NCBI RefSeq assembly: GCF_036321535.1
Contig: NC_087436.1
Location: 25,422,001 to 25,486,000, forward strand
Length of the DNA: 64,000 nucleotides
Direction of reading: 5' to 3'
Source: Camelus dromedarius
Lineage: Eukaryota
Below, piece by piece: positions 25,571 to 36,844 of the stretch (within the stretch, counting starts at the first letter, position 1; every line of letters begins with the position of its first letter). Both the position numbers and the translations under genes were made by a program. The notes under the pieces were generated by a model that searched no databases, was not told the DNA's origin, and saw only the letters and a program-made list of their open reading frames with translations.

Positions 25571-28500
25571 GAACTCAGCTCTCTAGTACTGGAAAAAGTC
25601 ACACGCATGCATGAACACACAAGATCACTAGTGATAGAAATATACATAGGGATATTGCTTGACTTTGGGAATGCTGGATTATGACTCTGCTAGATCATTG
25701 CGTCGCTACACTGGTATTCTGAGATTCAAGTGCTGTAAACTGTACTACAGCCATTTCAGTAAATATATATATGTGCTTTGATTTCAATGAATCTTTACAT
25801 TATACAGCATAAACATTTCCTCTACACAAACGAAGACCGATAGCATAACAGAGACTGGTGCATAGCACACATACCCTATACATTCACTGAATTATTTTCC
25901 TGGGCTTATACCTTTGTTATCCCAATTAGACTGCTCTTTGATAGCCCATTTATTTTTCTACTTAAATTTGGACTTTCTCCAAATATCAGACTTTCTGCAA
26001 GACTGTGAATTTCATAAGACACTTGATGGTGCTGTCAATTTCTGTATGATTTATTGATCCTGTGAGTTTGAATTTTGTTGATTTAACCAGTATTACATTT
26101 TCAGGTGCATGTATCTCACCTAATAAACTAGGAAGGAAATAATTTCATAATTTCCACAAGCTTTAGCACTAGAATGGAACGATTTCAGAAGATAATGGTG
26201 GTTATTTTTAGTGCAGGGATTATTTCAAAATACCAGACACACACAGGTATAAAGTGATTACTATAATCTGTGAAGCAGCTTTTTATGTTTTTACATGCTT
26301 TTATTACTAGAATTTTATTACTACATTTAAATTGCTCTAAGGTAGGATTCCCAGGTAGGGACAGCAATGTTTTCAGCTATTGTAGCTGTTCTGGGACCAA
26401 TGTCAAGCTTTACAGGTTGCTTCTTATAGATTTTTTCAGGGTTAACCAAAGCAGTCAAAAATCTATGGCCTGACACATTCTGTACATTAGCCCTGTCAAT
26501 ATTGTGCATTGATTTGAATCCTAGCTAAATTGAAAGTCCTGAATTCCCGAACTTTAGAAGAAATCACAGCTACCTAAACTCCATTTTCTATGATCTCTAG
26601 AAAACGCATAGTGGCAGTTATCTTTTTTTCCCCCCTCTCTCTCTGAAAGCCATTTCTTTAGCTCATTTTCTCCTCAAAATCTATTAACAAGCTTTCTATG
26701 CCCAGCTGATTTTGAGCAAGTTAAAAATCTTATTGGGTATAAAAAAAAAGCTCACATCCCTTGGACTTTTATCCCTGTAATGTGGGAGTGTGGCACTTCG
26801 AATGTGAAAAGAATCCATGAATAATTGAGAATTTACAAAGCTATGGAAAAGAAGACCCTTTAAGTATAAAAATGATTTGAGCAAATTAAGCCTTACCATC
26901 ACCTGTATGTTGACTGCTGGATAACAATGAAGGCTACAGCAATAATTGGAAGATTTTAAGGTGCCTAGAACAATTCCTCAAGAGACATAGAAATTATTAA
27001 GCTATCAGATGATTCTGATTGACACGGGTGTTATAACCCATGTTTTAAGAAAGTTTATTAGAAGATCAGGATACCCTGGGGAAAATTTTTTAAACATCTA
27101 AAACAGAACATGCTGACAAGACCAAAAGAGAGAATGGAAACTAATAACTTTCTTTGTCAAAAAAGTGCAGTGAAAAAGAGCCTTTAAAGGTGCAACCCTG
27201 GAATATGCTGCTCATAGTGAAAATATGCTCTGTAAGCTTATACTTGCCAGAAAAGATTGCATATGAGGTTTGATTCTTGGCCTTTAAATTTTTACAACTG
27301 GCCTGATTTGTAAATGTGTGATTAATTTACAACCTATTATTTGAGAATGGAACTGGCTCCTTTCTTTTGACTTCCTCTGAATGTCGAGCAGTGTGGTTGA
27401 GTTTAGCCCAGATGTTAGCGATCACTCGCTTACGAGGAATTATCATGTTGTATGTTGGCAGAAATATAGGTGTTTTGCAGCTGGCACTTAAATGGCTCAC
27501 TTTTTAAATAGTAAAGGAAAAAATGAACAACCAGTAGATGTGACATAAGCCTCAAAAAATGCACTCAGCAGTCAACTTTATCTACAAGATTTGACAAGCT
27601 TGGGCAATACTAAGTTAGACAGGGTTGTTTATAATTTGCATATAATTTATATAGCTTTCTGAGCACAACTTTAAATACTGTAGCACTCTGGCATCGTAAC
27701 AGAGCACATCAATCATGAGACTCTCCAGGAAGGCAAAATGAAATTCCATCTGGGTTTTTCTTAAAGTGTATAGAATATTTTAAGCTGTAGGTAAGACATG
27801 TGAAAGTGACTTAAAACATTAAAAAAAAAAATCACTTTTTCCAGGATATATAATTAACTCTTTAATATTTTATTTAATAAATGTTTGGTATGGCTTAATT
27901 GCTCTTTAACAAGATAATGAGCCTTTTATGAACATCTCCACTGTTTTGTTTCTCATAAAAAAAGCTCCTGAAGCATCTGCTGTAGACTTTATATCCAAGA
28001 GACTGTCCTTTACGTAGAGTAATGAAGAGCCATCTGTCTCAGTTTTACAGTCATTAGCACTGTGCTACCTAAGAATGAGACTTAAGATTTTCTTAGAGTT
28101 AGAAAATATGACCGATTTTACAACTACTTTTTGGAATCTATGATTATCTCTTCTAAATGGGAAGACAGAACTTTTGAAAAAATATGTTTTCTTTTAGATA
28201 TATTTAGATATATTTTCTTGGTTAAAATAATGGGAAAGTTCCAAGGAAGGTGATACTAGTGAAAAAAAAAATCCTGTCTGTGCATAGTGAGGTTAACAAA
28301 AGCTCATATTTATTATGTTTTAAAACATTATCACATTTGTCTTCTTACTAAATTTTATAGTCTCATATCAGCAAACATAAGTGTGTGTTGTAGAATATAT
28401 TTACCTACGTAGGAGAAGTAACAGTGTAATACATAGTAAAGAACCCCTATTTTTCAAAATGTATCGTCATCTTAAAGATAGGCCAAATCAACGAATCAAG

Positions 28501-28929
28501 CAAGAATACACCTGGGCGGTTGAAGTTGAAGATGCGAGACTCAAAGATGTTGTAGTTTGGGTAGGGAGAAAAAGAACTGAATAGCAGGATAAGTTTTGTT
28601 CACTGGCGAATAAGGAATCAATTCTAGAAAAGCAACTAGCTATCAAAATTAGACTCCATGGACAGCCCTAACCAATATAAATCCAAGAGACCTGATGGTA
28701 TAGTAAACTGCAGAGGTCAATTACGTGAGTCTGATTGAAAAGCTTAATCCAGAAGATGGGGAAGTCAATCTAGGGGAAGATGAAAACACACAGGGGAGTA
28801 ACTTAGTCTAGAGAGTTGCCTATTAACAGGACAGCAGGGCACACGAGGGAAAGTTCCAGCCCTTCAAGGAAAGAAAGTAATGGAGAAGTATTCTTTCTGA
28901 CTACTCTAAGATTAGCTATTCTTCTCAAA

Positions 28930-29325
28930 TACATTTAAAATTTGGGGTTTCCCCCCTCATTGTGTATTTTGCCAAGTTGTCTGTTGTTTTTAATCTGATT
29001 TGTCAAATATTTTCTATAGTATTTCTATTCTCACTTATGTGTGTAGCAAGTATCTTTTCCCTGTGGATGGATTGACTTTTAACTTGTTTATGCTGATTCA
29101 GGTCAGAAAATTTTAATTATCAAGTAGTCAAGTGCGTTAAATGTTTACTTAATGGCTTATGCTATTTTGATTTTTGCCAAAAGAGTCGTTCCCTGCCTTG
29201 CATTCAGGCAGATTTTTCTCCTATACTTCCTACAGTTTTCATATTTTGCTATAAGTATTTAGGTTGAATGTCACTGCAGTTATCTGTATACATATGCACA
29301 TGAGTATATAGTGAATAGATCCAAT
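28930..29325 (-). mobile_element. Ancient L1M ORF2 3' fragment
   Basis: gtagcaagtatcttttccctgt...cagaaaattttaattatcaagtagtcaa...gatttttctcctatacttcctacagtttt. Confidence 0.65.
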
Positions 29326-29654
29326 TTAAAAAAAAAAATGCTATTTCACTGTTGATCCAAGTGGAGTATGTATATACTTGGCTTTTCTTGTACTATCTCC
29401 TAAGCTTTTCTCTGGCTTAATTTCCTACTGGTTTTCTCTTGCATTTGTTAAATCTCTGGCTAATTTTGGATATTCTTGAATCTTTCTGGAAATCACCTCA
29501 CAATCGAACATTTCCCATACTTAATATCTTTGTTATCTCACCCTGAGTTATATCTTTGTTATTCCACTCCAAGAGGCTAAAATAAAAGAGCAGAAAAATA
29601 AAGTTGGAAAGTGGAAGGCCAGGAGAGCAGAAGAGAATGAAAGCATCGAGTGAT

Positions 29655-30005
29655 GATGCATTAGGAGTATTTTCAGCAGCAAGTAACAGACCAGTCCAAT
29701 AAAACTGACGTAAAGAAAATAACAAATGGCTGTATGATTTAGCAAAATTTAAGCGTTCCCAGAGCTTTTTTGGAGACTCATTCATAAGTTATCGGCGGCT
29801 AGGCTCTATCTTTCTTGTTGGCCATCCTTAGTGCATTAATGGTTTATCTGACAAGGTCAGCCATAGCTCTACACTGCATCCTTACATGGGATAATCCCAA
29901 ACAGAATGCAAGGGTAGGAGGGAGATCAGGTGAAAATATTGTCCTGTAAACCAAGCAAGAAAAGGGGGAGTAGCTGCTGTATAGATATCCAGCAGCGTCT
30001 TCCAC
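29655..30005 (-). mobile_element. MLT1-like MaLR LTR fragment
   Basis: attaggagtattttcagcagcaagtaacaga terminus and ctaggctctatctttcttg...gccatccttagtg. Confidence 0.6.
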
Positions 30006-30049
30006 GATCCTCTGCATAATTTATTGAATAAGAAATGGATGTGCAGGTA

Positions 30050-30430
30050 CATTATGTATATGTACCTAGTAAATTTACTTAAGGTTTAAAAAAGAGGAAT
30101 TGCAAATATACTGACATAACTATGTTGGAAGAATAGAGGAGGAAAGGGAAGATACGGAAGTCTGTAGTACAGCTATATTCTCATTTTTTTCCAGAGTAAA
30201 ATGTCTATGGATAATGATTAAAATTGATTAAGAAATATCTATAAGTAAATACATTTTGGATAAAATTAGGTTTTAGAAGAAAGAGCCAAGAGAATTCAAA
30301 GTATTTTTTCTTGCAAGGATCAGGGCAGAATATAAAAAAAAGATTAGAGAAGAGACAATTGCTTTTTATGTCAAGTATATTCCATTTTTCAGATCATGTA
30401 CATACTTTATTTGATCAAAACTTTAAAACA
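30050..30430 (+). mobile_element. HAL1/L1M-like 3' region
   Basis: Ends catgtacatactttatttgatcaaaa, similar to the HAL1 3' terminus. Confidence 0.5.
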
Positions 30431-30779
30431 TTTGTTTTCCCACAAGTTCTTCCACTAAGATAGAAGATGAACTGTCATCAGAATAGATCTTTTATTTCCT
30501 ACTCTCGGTGTATTAAAAAAGAAATCTAAACATCTCAAATCCATTCCTTCGTATTTTAGTTTCTTTGAAGCATTTAGTAGTATCTCAGAAATTGATTGCC
30601 ACATCTTCAATTACACTATAATTCAGTGAGAATTCCATGTCACTTGACTTTGAAGAGACAATTATGTTCCCCACGCACCAATTCTGAAGCTAACTGGGAA
30701 GTCTGTAGTGAAACCCTGTTACATTGATTGTTCTCTTTGTCATTTTTTTTTTGGTTCCCTAACTCTAGGTCTCTCTCTA

Positions 30780-30837
30780 CACACATGTGAGAATGTGCAC
30801 ATGTGCACACACGCACACACACACACACACACACACA
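30780..30837. repeat. (CA)n microsatellite
   Basis: Directly visible. Confidence 0.9.
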
Positions 30838-30918
30838 GTTTCTTAAGAGATATAATTCTTTAACTCAATAATCCTTTCAATCTTCTGTAGCTTCTTTAAA
30901 GCATTCCCTGAAAATTAA

Positions 30919-31434
30919 ATGGATCATCGAAGCTCCCTGGCAGTACTCATACATCTACATTTAACATCACACAGACATCTTCTAATGTTCTCAACAAAGT
31001 CAGCAGTCTGTGGGTTTCATTGCATCAGAGTGCTTTTAAAGAACTATAGTTTTGAAAAAAGACACTTAGTAGGATTTTCAAGGTGTTCCTCAATTGGCAC
31101 CAAGGACTGACTTCTAAGGAGCAAGAGGATTTATGTGCCTCATAAAATGAGCTTCAAAAATTGGGACCAGACAACCCTCCAAATCTTTGTAAAGAAGCTG
31201 AACGGGTCCAATGCTACCATGCACTACCAGTCAAGCACAACCATGATTGCCTTAGAAGTGGCACTCCTATGTCTAGAAACTACCTTGGGCCTTTCAAAAG
31301 AGTCACCAGAACTTTTCAAGATAGAGCCAGCATTTTATATTTGCCCCATGGAAGTCATCAATCGCCAGACATTATTAGCTAAACACAGTGTCAATCAATC
31401 AACAGACAGGTCCTTCAACTGGCAGTTGAATTGA
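30919..31434 (+). pseudogene. Decayed reading frame containing a ubiquitin-like domain
   Basis: ORFs 30919-31110 and 31135-31434 are in the same frame, separated by one TGA. LQIFVKKLNGSNATMHYQSSTTM aligns without gaps to ubiquitin [23 protein letters not shown]. Confidence 0.45.
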
Positions 31435-33233
31435 AAGAGTTGCCACTTCTTCCCTGTCTCCTTCCTATTGCACTGAACCAATGTAGCAGGAGAAGAGATG
31501 CTGTAAGACCAGTCCAGGCATCTGACTCTTAAAGCAGGAGAAGGGATATTGTAGGGCCAGTCCAGCATCAGACTCTTCTGCTCTAAGATGGTAGAGTGAG
31601 AAGAGTAAAGAGCAGAGCAGGCTGGCTCTCACAAGCCTGGAAAGTGCCTGCCAGAGGTAGGAGAGTAGGGATGGGGAAGGTGGACACCAATTTAAACTGA
31701 TCAGACTCTTAATAACCACAATATTACAAAGCACTTCATAAACGGTGGACTATACTCCAAATATAGAACATTGGCATTTAATTATATACTATTTAGTATT
31801 CCTGGAGACACTCATCTTGATATAGATAAGTTCAATGGTACAAATGGTTTCTGGGAATTGAGGTGTCAAAACAATACTATAGTTTGAGCTGCCTTTATCA
31901 AGAATTAAACATATTCGTAGAATACAGCCATACAATCACAGTCAATACACTTCCTTACCTAACCCTACTACAGACATTTACAGAAGGATTCTTTTTGTGA
32001 AGTTCCACATAAACACCCCTACAGCAGGTGAATTCCCATTAGAAAGGAAGGAATTGAGGGAAAGACAGGTATGAAAAGAGAAAAGAAGGGAAAAATGAAA
32101 GGATAAATAGAACAGAAGTTGACATACATATAGATGGTAAGAGAAGGAATCTGAGTTTTCCAAATGTCTGTGTATTTATCTACTTATTTTAGTTTGTCAA
32201 GGTAAAATTCTGATTAAGAAAATTGACAACACTGATAATATATAGTAGGGTCTGGGTCTAAAACTGCAAGTTTCTTTATGCCGTTACTTGTGTTGTGGGA
32301 GAAGTCGCTAACCTCCTGCTAAAGTCAGATTAAATTTCACTTACCATCCCCTTACTGGCAGAGCAAGAGCTGCTCCCAGAGCATTTTGTGCTAGATCACA
32401 TTTTATATATAATACTTATGATTAAGTAATTTTGGTGTAAGATTCTATCTGTTCAAAAGTCAGAAATTCATGTTAAAATCAGCCCAGCTATGCATATGGT
32501 AAAAATCTGAAGAAGCTATAACTTTTCCTTTTCTGAAAAAAATAATTGAAGAAGAATACAAAAGAATACAGCAATCCATTATGGTTAGACATATGCATTA
32601 CACAAAGCAACTATTTTTTTTTTTAGCAGAACATTTCATTTCTGCCAATGCTATCTTCCTAATTCAGCTCATCTGTGGAATTTAGCAGTGCCCGAACTCT
32701 TGCTTTATTTCATCAGTATTTCACAGATTCTTTGTTAAATTTAACATCTATGGTGTGTTTCTGAAAATAAAACTTTACAAGATTCAAATTTTATGGTCAC
32801 TGAGTTTTTTCACTGGGATAACTAATCAATTGTTTAACTTAACAGAAGCTATAATGATAAAGTTATGTTCTGCCATTTAAATTATCAAAAAAGAAGAAAA
32901 ATTAACAGCTCGACTAAGCTTTGGTGAGCTTCCCTTGAAAGCAGCATTTATTACCCTTACTGATAAATAGTGCTCCACATGTAAATGCTATATAATCCGT
33001 TTCCATGCCTCGCTTGATTCAAGTGCTCAACTCCCTAATTAGGCATCTGTTAGACAATGAAACTTTGTTTCCTGCACATAATATTGGTCTCTTTACTAAT
33101 GTAGCTTGAATAACAACTTCTCTCTCAAGAGATTAATTTGATGCCTAAAGTGCCAGGAGGAAAGATTCAACATTTGCATTACATTAATTGTCAGGGTGTG
33201 ACTGTGGCCTTGTTATCGCACAAAGCCGCGTAT

Positions 33234-33344
33234 TCTAAGATGTAGTCATGGAAACCAAAACCCAACAACTGTGAACCCAGGAAATATCACCTTAGCAGCA
33301 TCTGGGAGATATTATGAATATGGTTTCCATGACTTTATTTTAGA
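33234..33344. repeat. 24-bp inverted repeat (21/24 match) with 63-nt spacer
   Basis: tctaagatgtagtcatggaaacca (33234-33257) versus tggtttccatgactttattttaga (33321-33344). Confidence 0.85.
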
Positions 33345-33685
33345 TGCTATTATTTTTAAATAGAAGAACTTACACTCTCCTTTATTTATAAATGAGTCTA
33401 CCTAGCCAGTATTTTTCAGTCAGAGCACATTTTCTCCATTAGAAAATGGACAGTATACAAAAATGTCTGTTGAAACATGGTCACTCATTTTACAAAAGAA
33501 AGTTGTTTAAGGAAAACCGCCAAATGAAAAGGGAAGAGTTAGGAATAGCGTGGGGCTCTCAGGAGTCCAGGTAGTCAATCAGGACAAGCCCAACCGAAGG
33601 TAACAACCAAGCCTGTTTACTTACTGTAACAGTAGAACCCAAGGCAAAAGTAGATGCCAGTTTCCAATGTGCCCACTGTCTAATC

Positions 33686-33872
33686 TTTTTTTTTTTTTGA
33701 CAATTACTGAACTTTATTAAGATGGAATCACTGAAAATTACACAGAAGCTACTTGCCTAAGTCAAAATCCTTGAGGTTCACATGAACTTAGTTACACAAA
33801 TGAGAAACAAACAGCACGTTCAGAATGATAAGGAAATACCCCGATGCCCAGGGACTCCAAAACAGAAGATTC
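33686..33872 (-). pseudogene. Short processed retrocopy of an mRNA 3' end
   Basis: T13 at 33686-33698 and a minus-strand AATAAA 14 nt upstream of the tail. Imperfect TSD ctgtct(aa)tctt. Confidence 0.65.
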
Positions 33873-35369
33873 CTGTCTTCTTATGGACCCTAGGGGCTTG
33901 GGGGAGAGAAAGGGGAAAGGCTAAGAGTGGAGACATACTGAGTCAGGACGGAGAAGAGTGTCTTAGTCAAGGTCCCCACTAAGAAGGTCTTGGCAGAGAC
34001 TTCTGAAAAGTGCCCCAGGCTGATCCCCCAATAAAGACGCTTCTGAATGGAGGCACCCAGGCAAGGAATGCAGGTGTGTGTGTGAGCATGGCTGCCTGAG
34101 GGGCCTCAAGTCCTTAACTTGATTCTTTCCAGAAACTTCTAACATGCAGACTGTAACAGCAAGTCTGGTGACAAGAGGGCAGAACCTGTGTAACTGCCTA
34201 TGGGCAGGCCTGAAAGGTCACACAGGAACTCTGGCCTGGAGCCAGACTCCTCAAACCAACCCTGTCAGATTCAACAGATATATTCCATACTGCTGAAGAC
34301 CTGTAGCCTTCACAAATAGCACAGAGGAAACTGTTTTTGCTGTTTTTCATCACTGAAATTAAAGTTCAATTCTTCAGGTTTTCTACTCTGTAAGAAAAGA
34401 ATGGCTTACTTTATATTGTTGAGCTTGGTATGGGCATATTGACGTGTAATATAACTATCATTTCAGTGTTCAAAGAACGCCTGGCCTCAGATGCTACGGC
34501 ATGTGACATTTACAACATGGATGAAATACTATCTCAGCCTGTGAATGACTGCTTTCTTGGGCTGGAATTTATTGCAGCAATGGTATGGCTTCTCTAAAAG
34601 AAAAGCAGTGTTTTTTTAAAGATGCATCATTATGAAGCAAAAAATCTGATGGCTACAATGATGCAGTTATAAACCGGCAATAATGAGGAAAGCAGAAATA
34701 ATGTTGAGCTGGGAGTCTTTGAAAGGAATAGTTAAATAGTTATTCATTAAAGTGAACTGTACATGAAATGTAGTAAGATGAAAATTTCACTGAAGTAATT
34801 TGCTCTTCATTATGAAAATGTTTCTGACAATATTGAAAAGCGATGCAAAGGAAGAAAACAACCCTATTTAGCATTAAAGAATTGTTTGAAAAGGTAATGG
34901 ATAAATAGAGAAGCTGTACTGCTGCAAATCCAAACAATTATTTCCTTACCAAGAAATCTCAGCATTTAATCAAATGCAGTTCCCATCTCATTTTAAAATT
35001 CAATTCTTTTAAGCAAAAAGAAATGTATGAGTTATATGGAATAGTGAGGACAAAAAAATAAGAAGGAAAATGAACATAGTTAATATCTGTATATATTATA
35101 CAATATACACCCCCCACACACACACAAGCCCTAATCCTTGAAAAGGTATTATTTAACAATTTTTAATTGAGCAATAATTTTGCTTTATTTTTTAATAAGT
35201 TTTAAGTCAGAGTTTCCTCTGACTTATCAAAAGATATGGATATGAATGTGAAAGTACTAAGCAAAGCACTGGAAGTAAGTACCACAAAAATACACATATG
35301 CAAAACTACGACATGAGAGGATATGAATATGCACTATCTTACAGTCCCCTTTATAAAAGCACATGACAT

Positions 35370-35555
35370 GGGGAGACGATGTGCCGCCTAGAAACAGGGT
35401 ATGTCTAGTTCCCAGCTATCACGGGTTTGCCACCTGGCTCATCAGGTGACCTAAGACACTGACTTATGACAATCATGACATTGAAACTCACTGAGTTAAT
35501 GGGTCTGTTGTAAGTAGCATAAGAATAATACGTGCAAACGACTTGGGAATTATGT
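35370..35555 (+). mobile_element. MIR-like SINE fragment
   Basis: tctagttcccagct...gttgtaagtagcataagaataatacgtgcaaacgacttggga. Confidence 0.5.
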
Positions 35556-36844
35556 AGGAATGTTTAGACTAATCTTAAACTAATAACATACTTGGCAGAA
35601 AACTGAGTCATGAAAGCAATACATTTTTCCTAATTAGAGCTGAAAAATCAAATTTAGAACATACAAAATAATATAAACAGGATTCAAGTTCCCTTAGACT
35701 GTCACAGGTTATATATCTTTATATATCTCTTCTCAAACTAATTTGGTGGTGCTATGTAAAAACTTCAGCTGTCTTCTTTAAATAAGTTCCTTCACATTTG
35801 ATTTATGAAAGTTTTGTTACATGTGGTCCTGTGATTCCCACAAATGTAAAATATTGCAGACAAGTCTAACAATAACTTAGTATCACACAGAATCAAAATG
35901 TTACTCTTCCAAATTTATTTGCCTGCATGATCATTTCAATTGCAGTGAATGCATTCATAAAACTGGAAATGTAGTTATTCAATAGAACTAAATATGTATT
36001 GTCTTATCAAATGCAGTATGGATGCTCAAAAACAAAGACTCCGTTTAGAGCAAACCAAATCATACTCTTGTCCTGATTCCTGTTTCAATTGCACTTAAAC
36101 ATTAACCATGTTAAAATGAAGCCGACAGGGCTGTAACAATTTTTGTTGTTGTTCTGTTAGCACATTTTTGGTTTCCTGAACAGGCAAATAGCACAGTGAA
36201 TTACATGGATCTTCTTAATGCTAAATCAAAGATGATTGCTTTTCAGTAGCAAATTATCTTTGATATTTGAATTGAAAACTCAGTATAACCAAGCATATAG
36301 CATTCTAAAAATGACTGATAAAGCAAAATTCAATTAGTCACATTTATCTCAGCGCCTTCTTCCTTGCAGCTTAAGCTTTATAACTCATGAAACTTGTAAC
36401 TTCTGCAGAGTCCATAACATCATAACAAACTACTTTAAAATAAGAATACCAGGAGAGAATCAAGATTATGATATAGAAACTAAGACCACTTCTGACAGTT
36501 TTACTTTACAAAATAGCAGGACTAATTTAGCTATTTTGCTGAGAATGTATTCATTTTTGTTTCATCTATCCTACATCCTATTAACATAATGGAAAGTCAT
36601 GTGCTAGGATAAAGAAATGATAGAAAAATAAGGATTCAATAGTCAAATGATAAGACCATCATGTCGTCTTGTCTTTGGCATTCCAGGAGACTTTCACCTT
36701 GAGCTGAAAGTGTATACAAACTACAAGTTGATCTCCAACTATGCAGATTTGACTCACGTGTGTTTGTGTATGCCTTCCATATAGCTGTGACCAATCTTCT
36801 TACATAATCTTGGCATAGAATCTCAGGCTAGAAAACCTATGTAG

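Noticed and set aside
26327..26509. Minus-strand ORF HRFLTALVNPEKIYKKQPVKLDIGPRTATIAENIAVPTWESYLRAI as a terminal coding exon
   Set aside because: It looks protein-like, but I recognise no family, the acceptor has no pyrimidine tract, and there is no convincing upstream coding exon chain.
28381..28584. ORF containing DRPNQRIKQEYTWAVEVEDARLKDVVVW
   Set aside because: Weak splice context and no recognisable match. The region may be an old LTR remnant.
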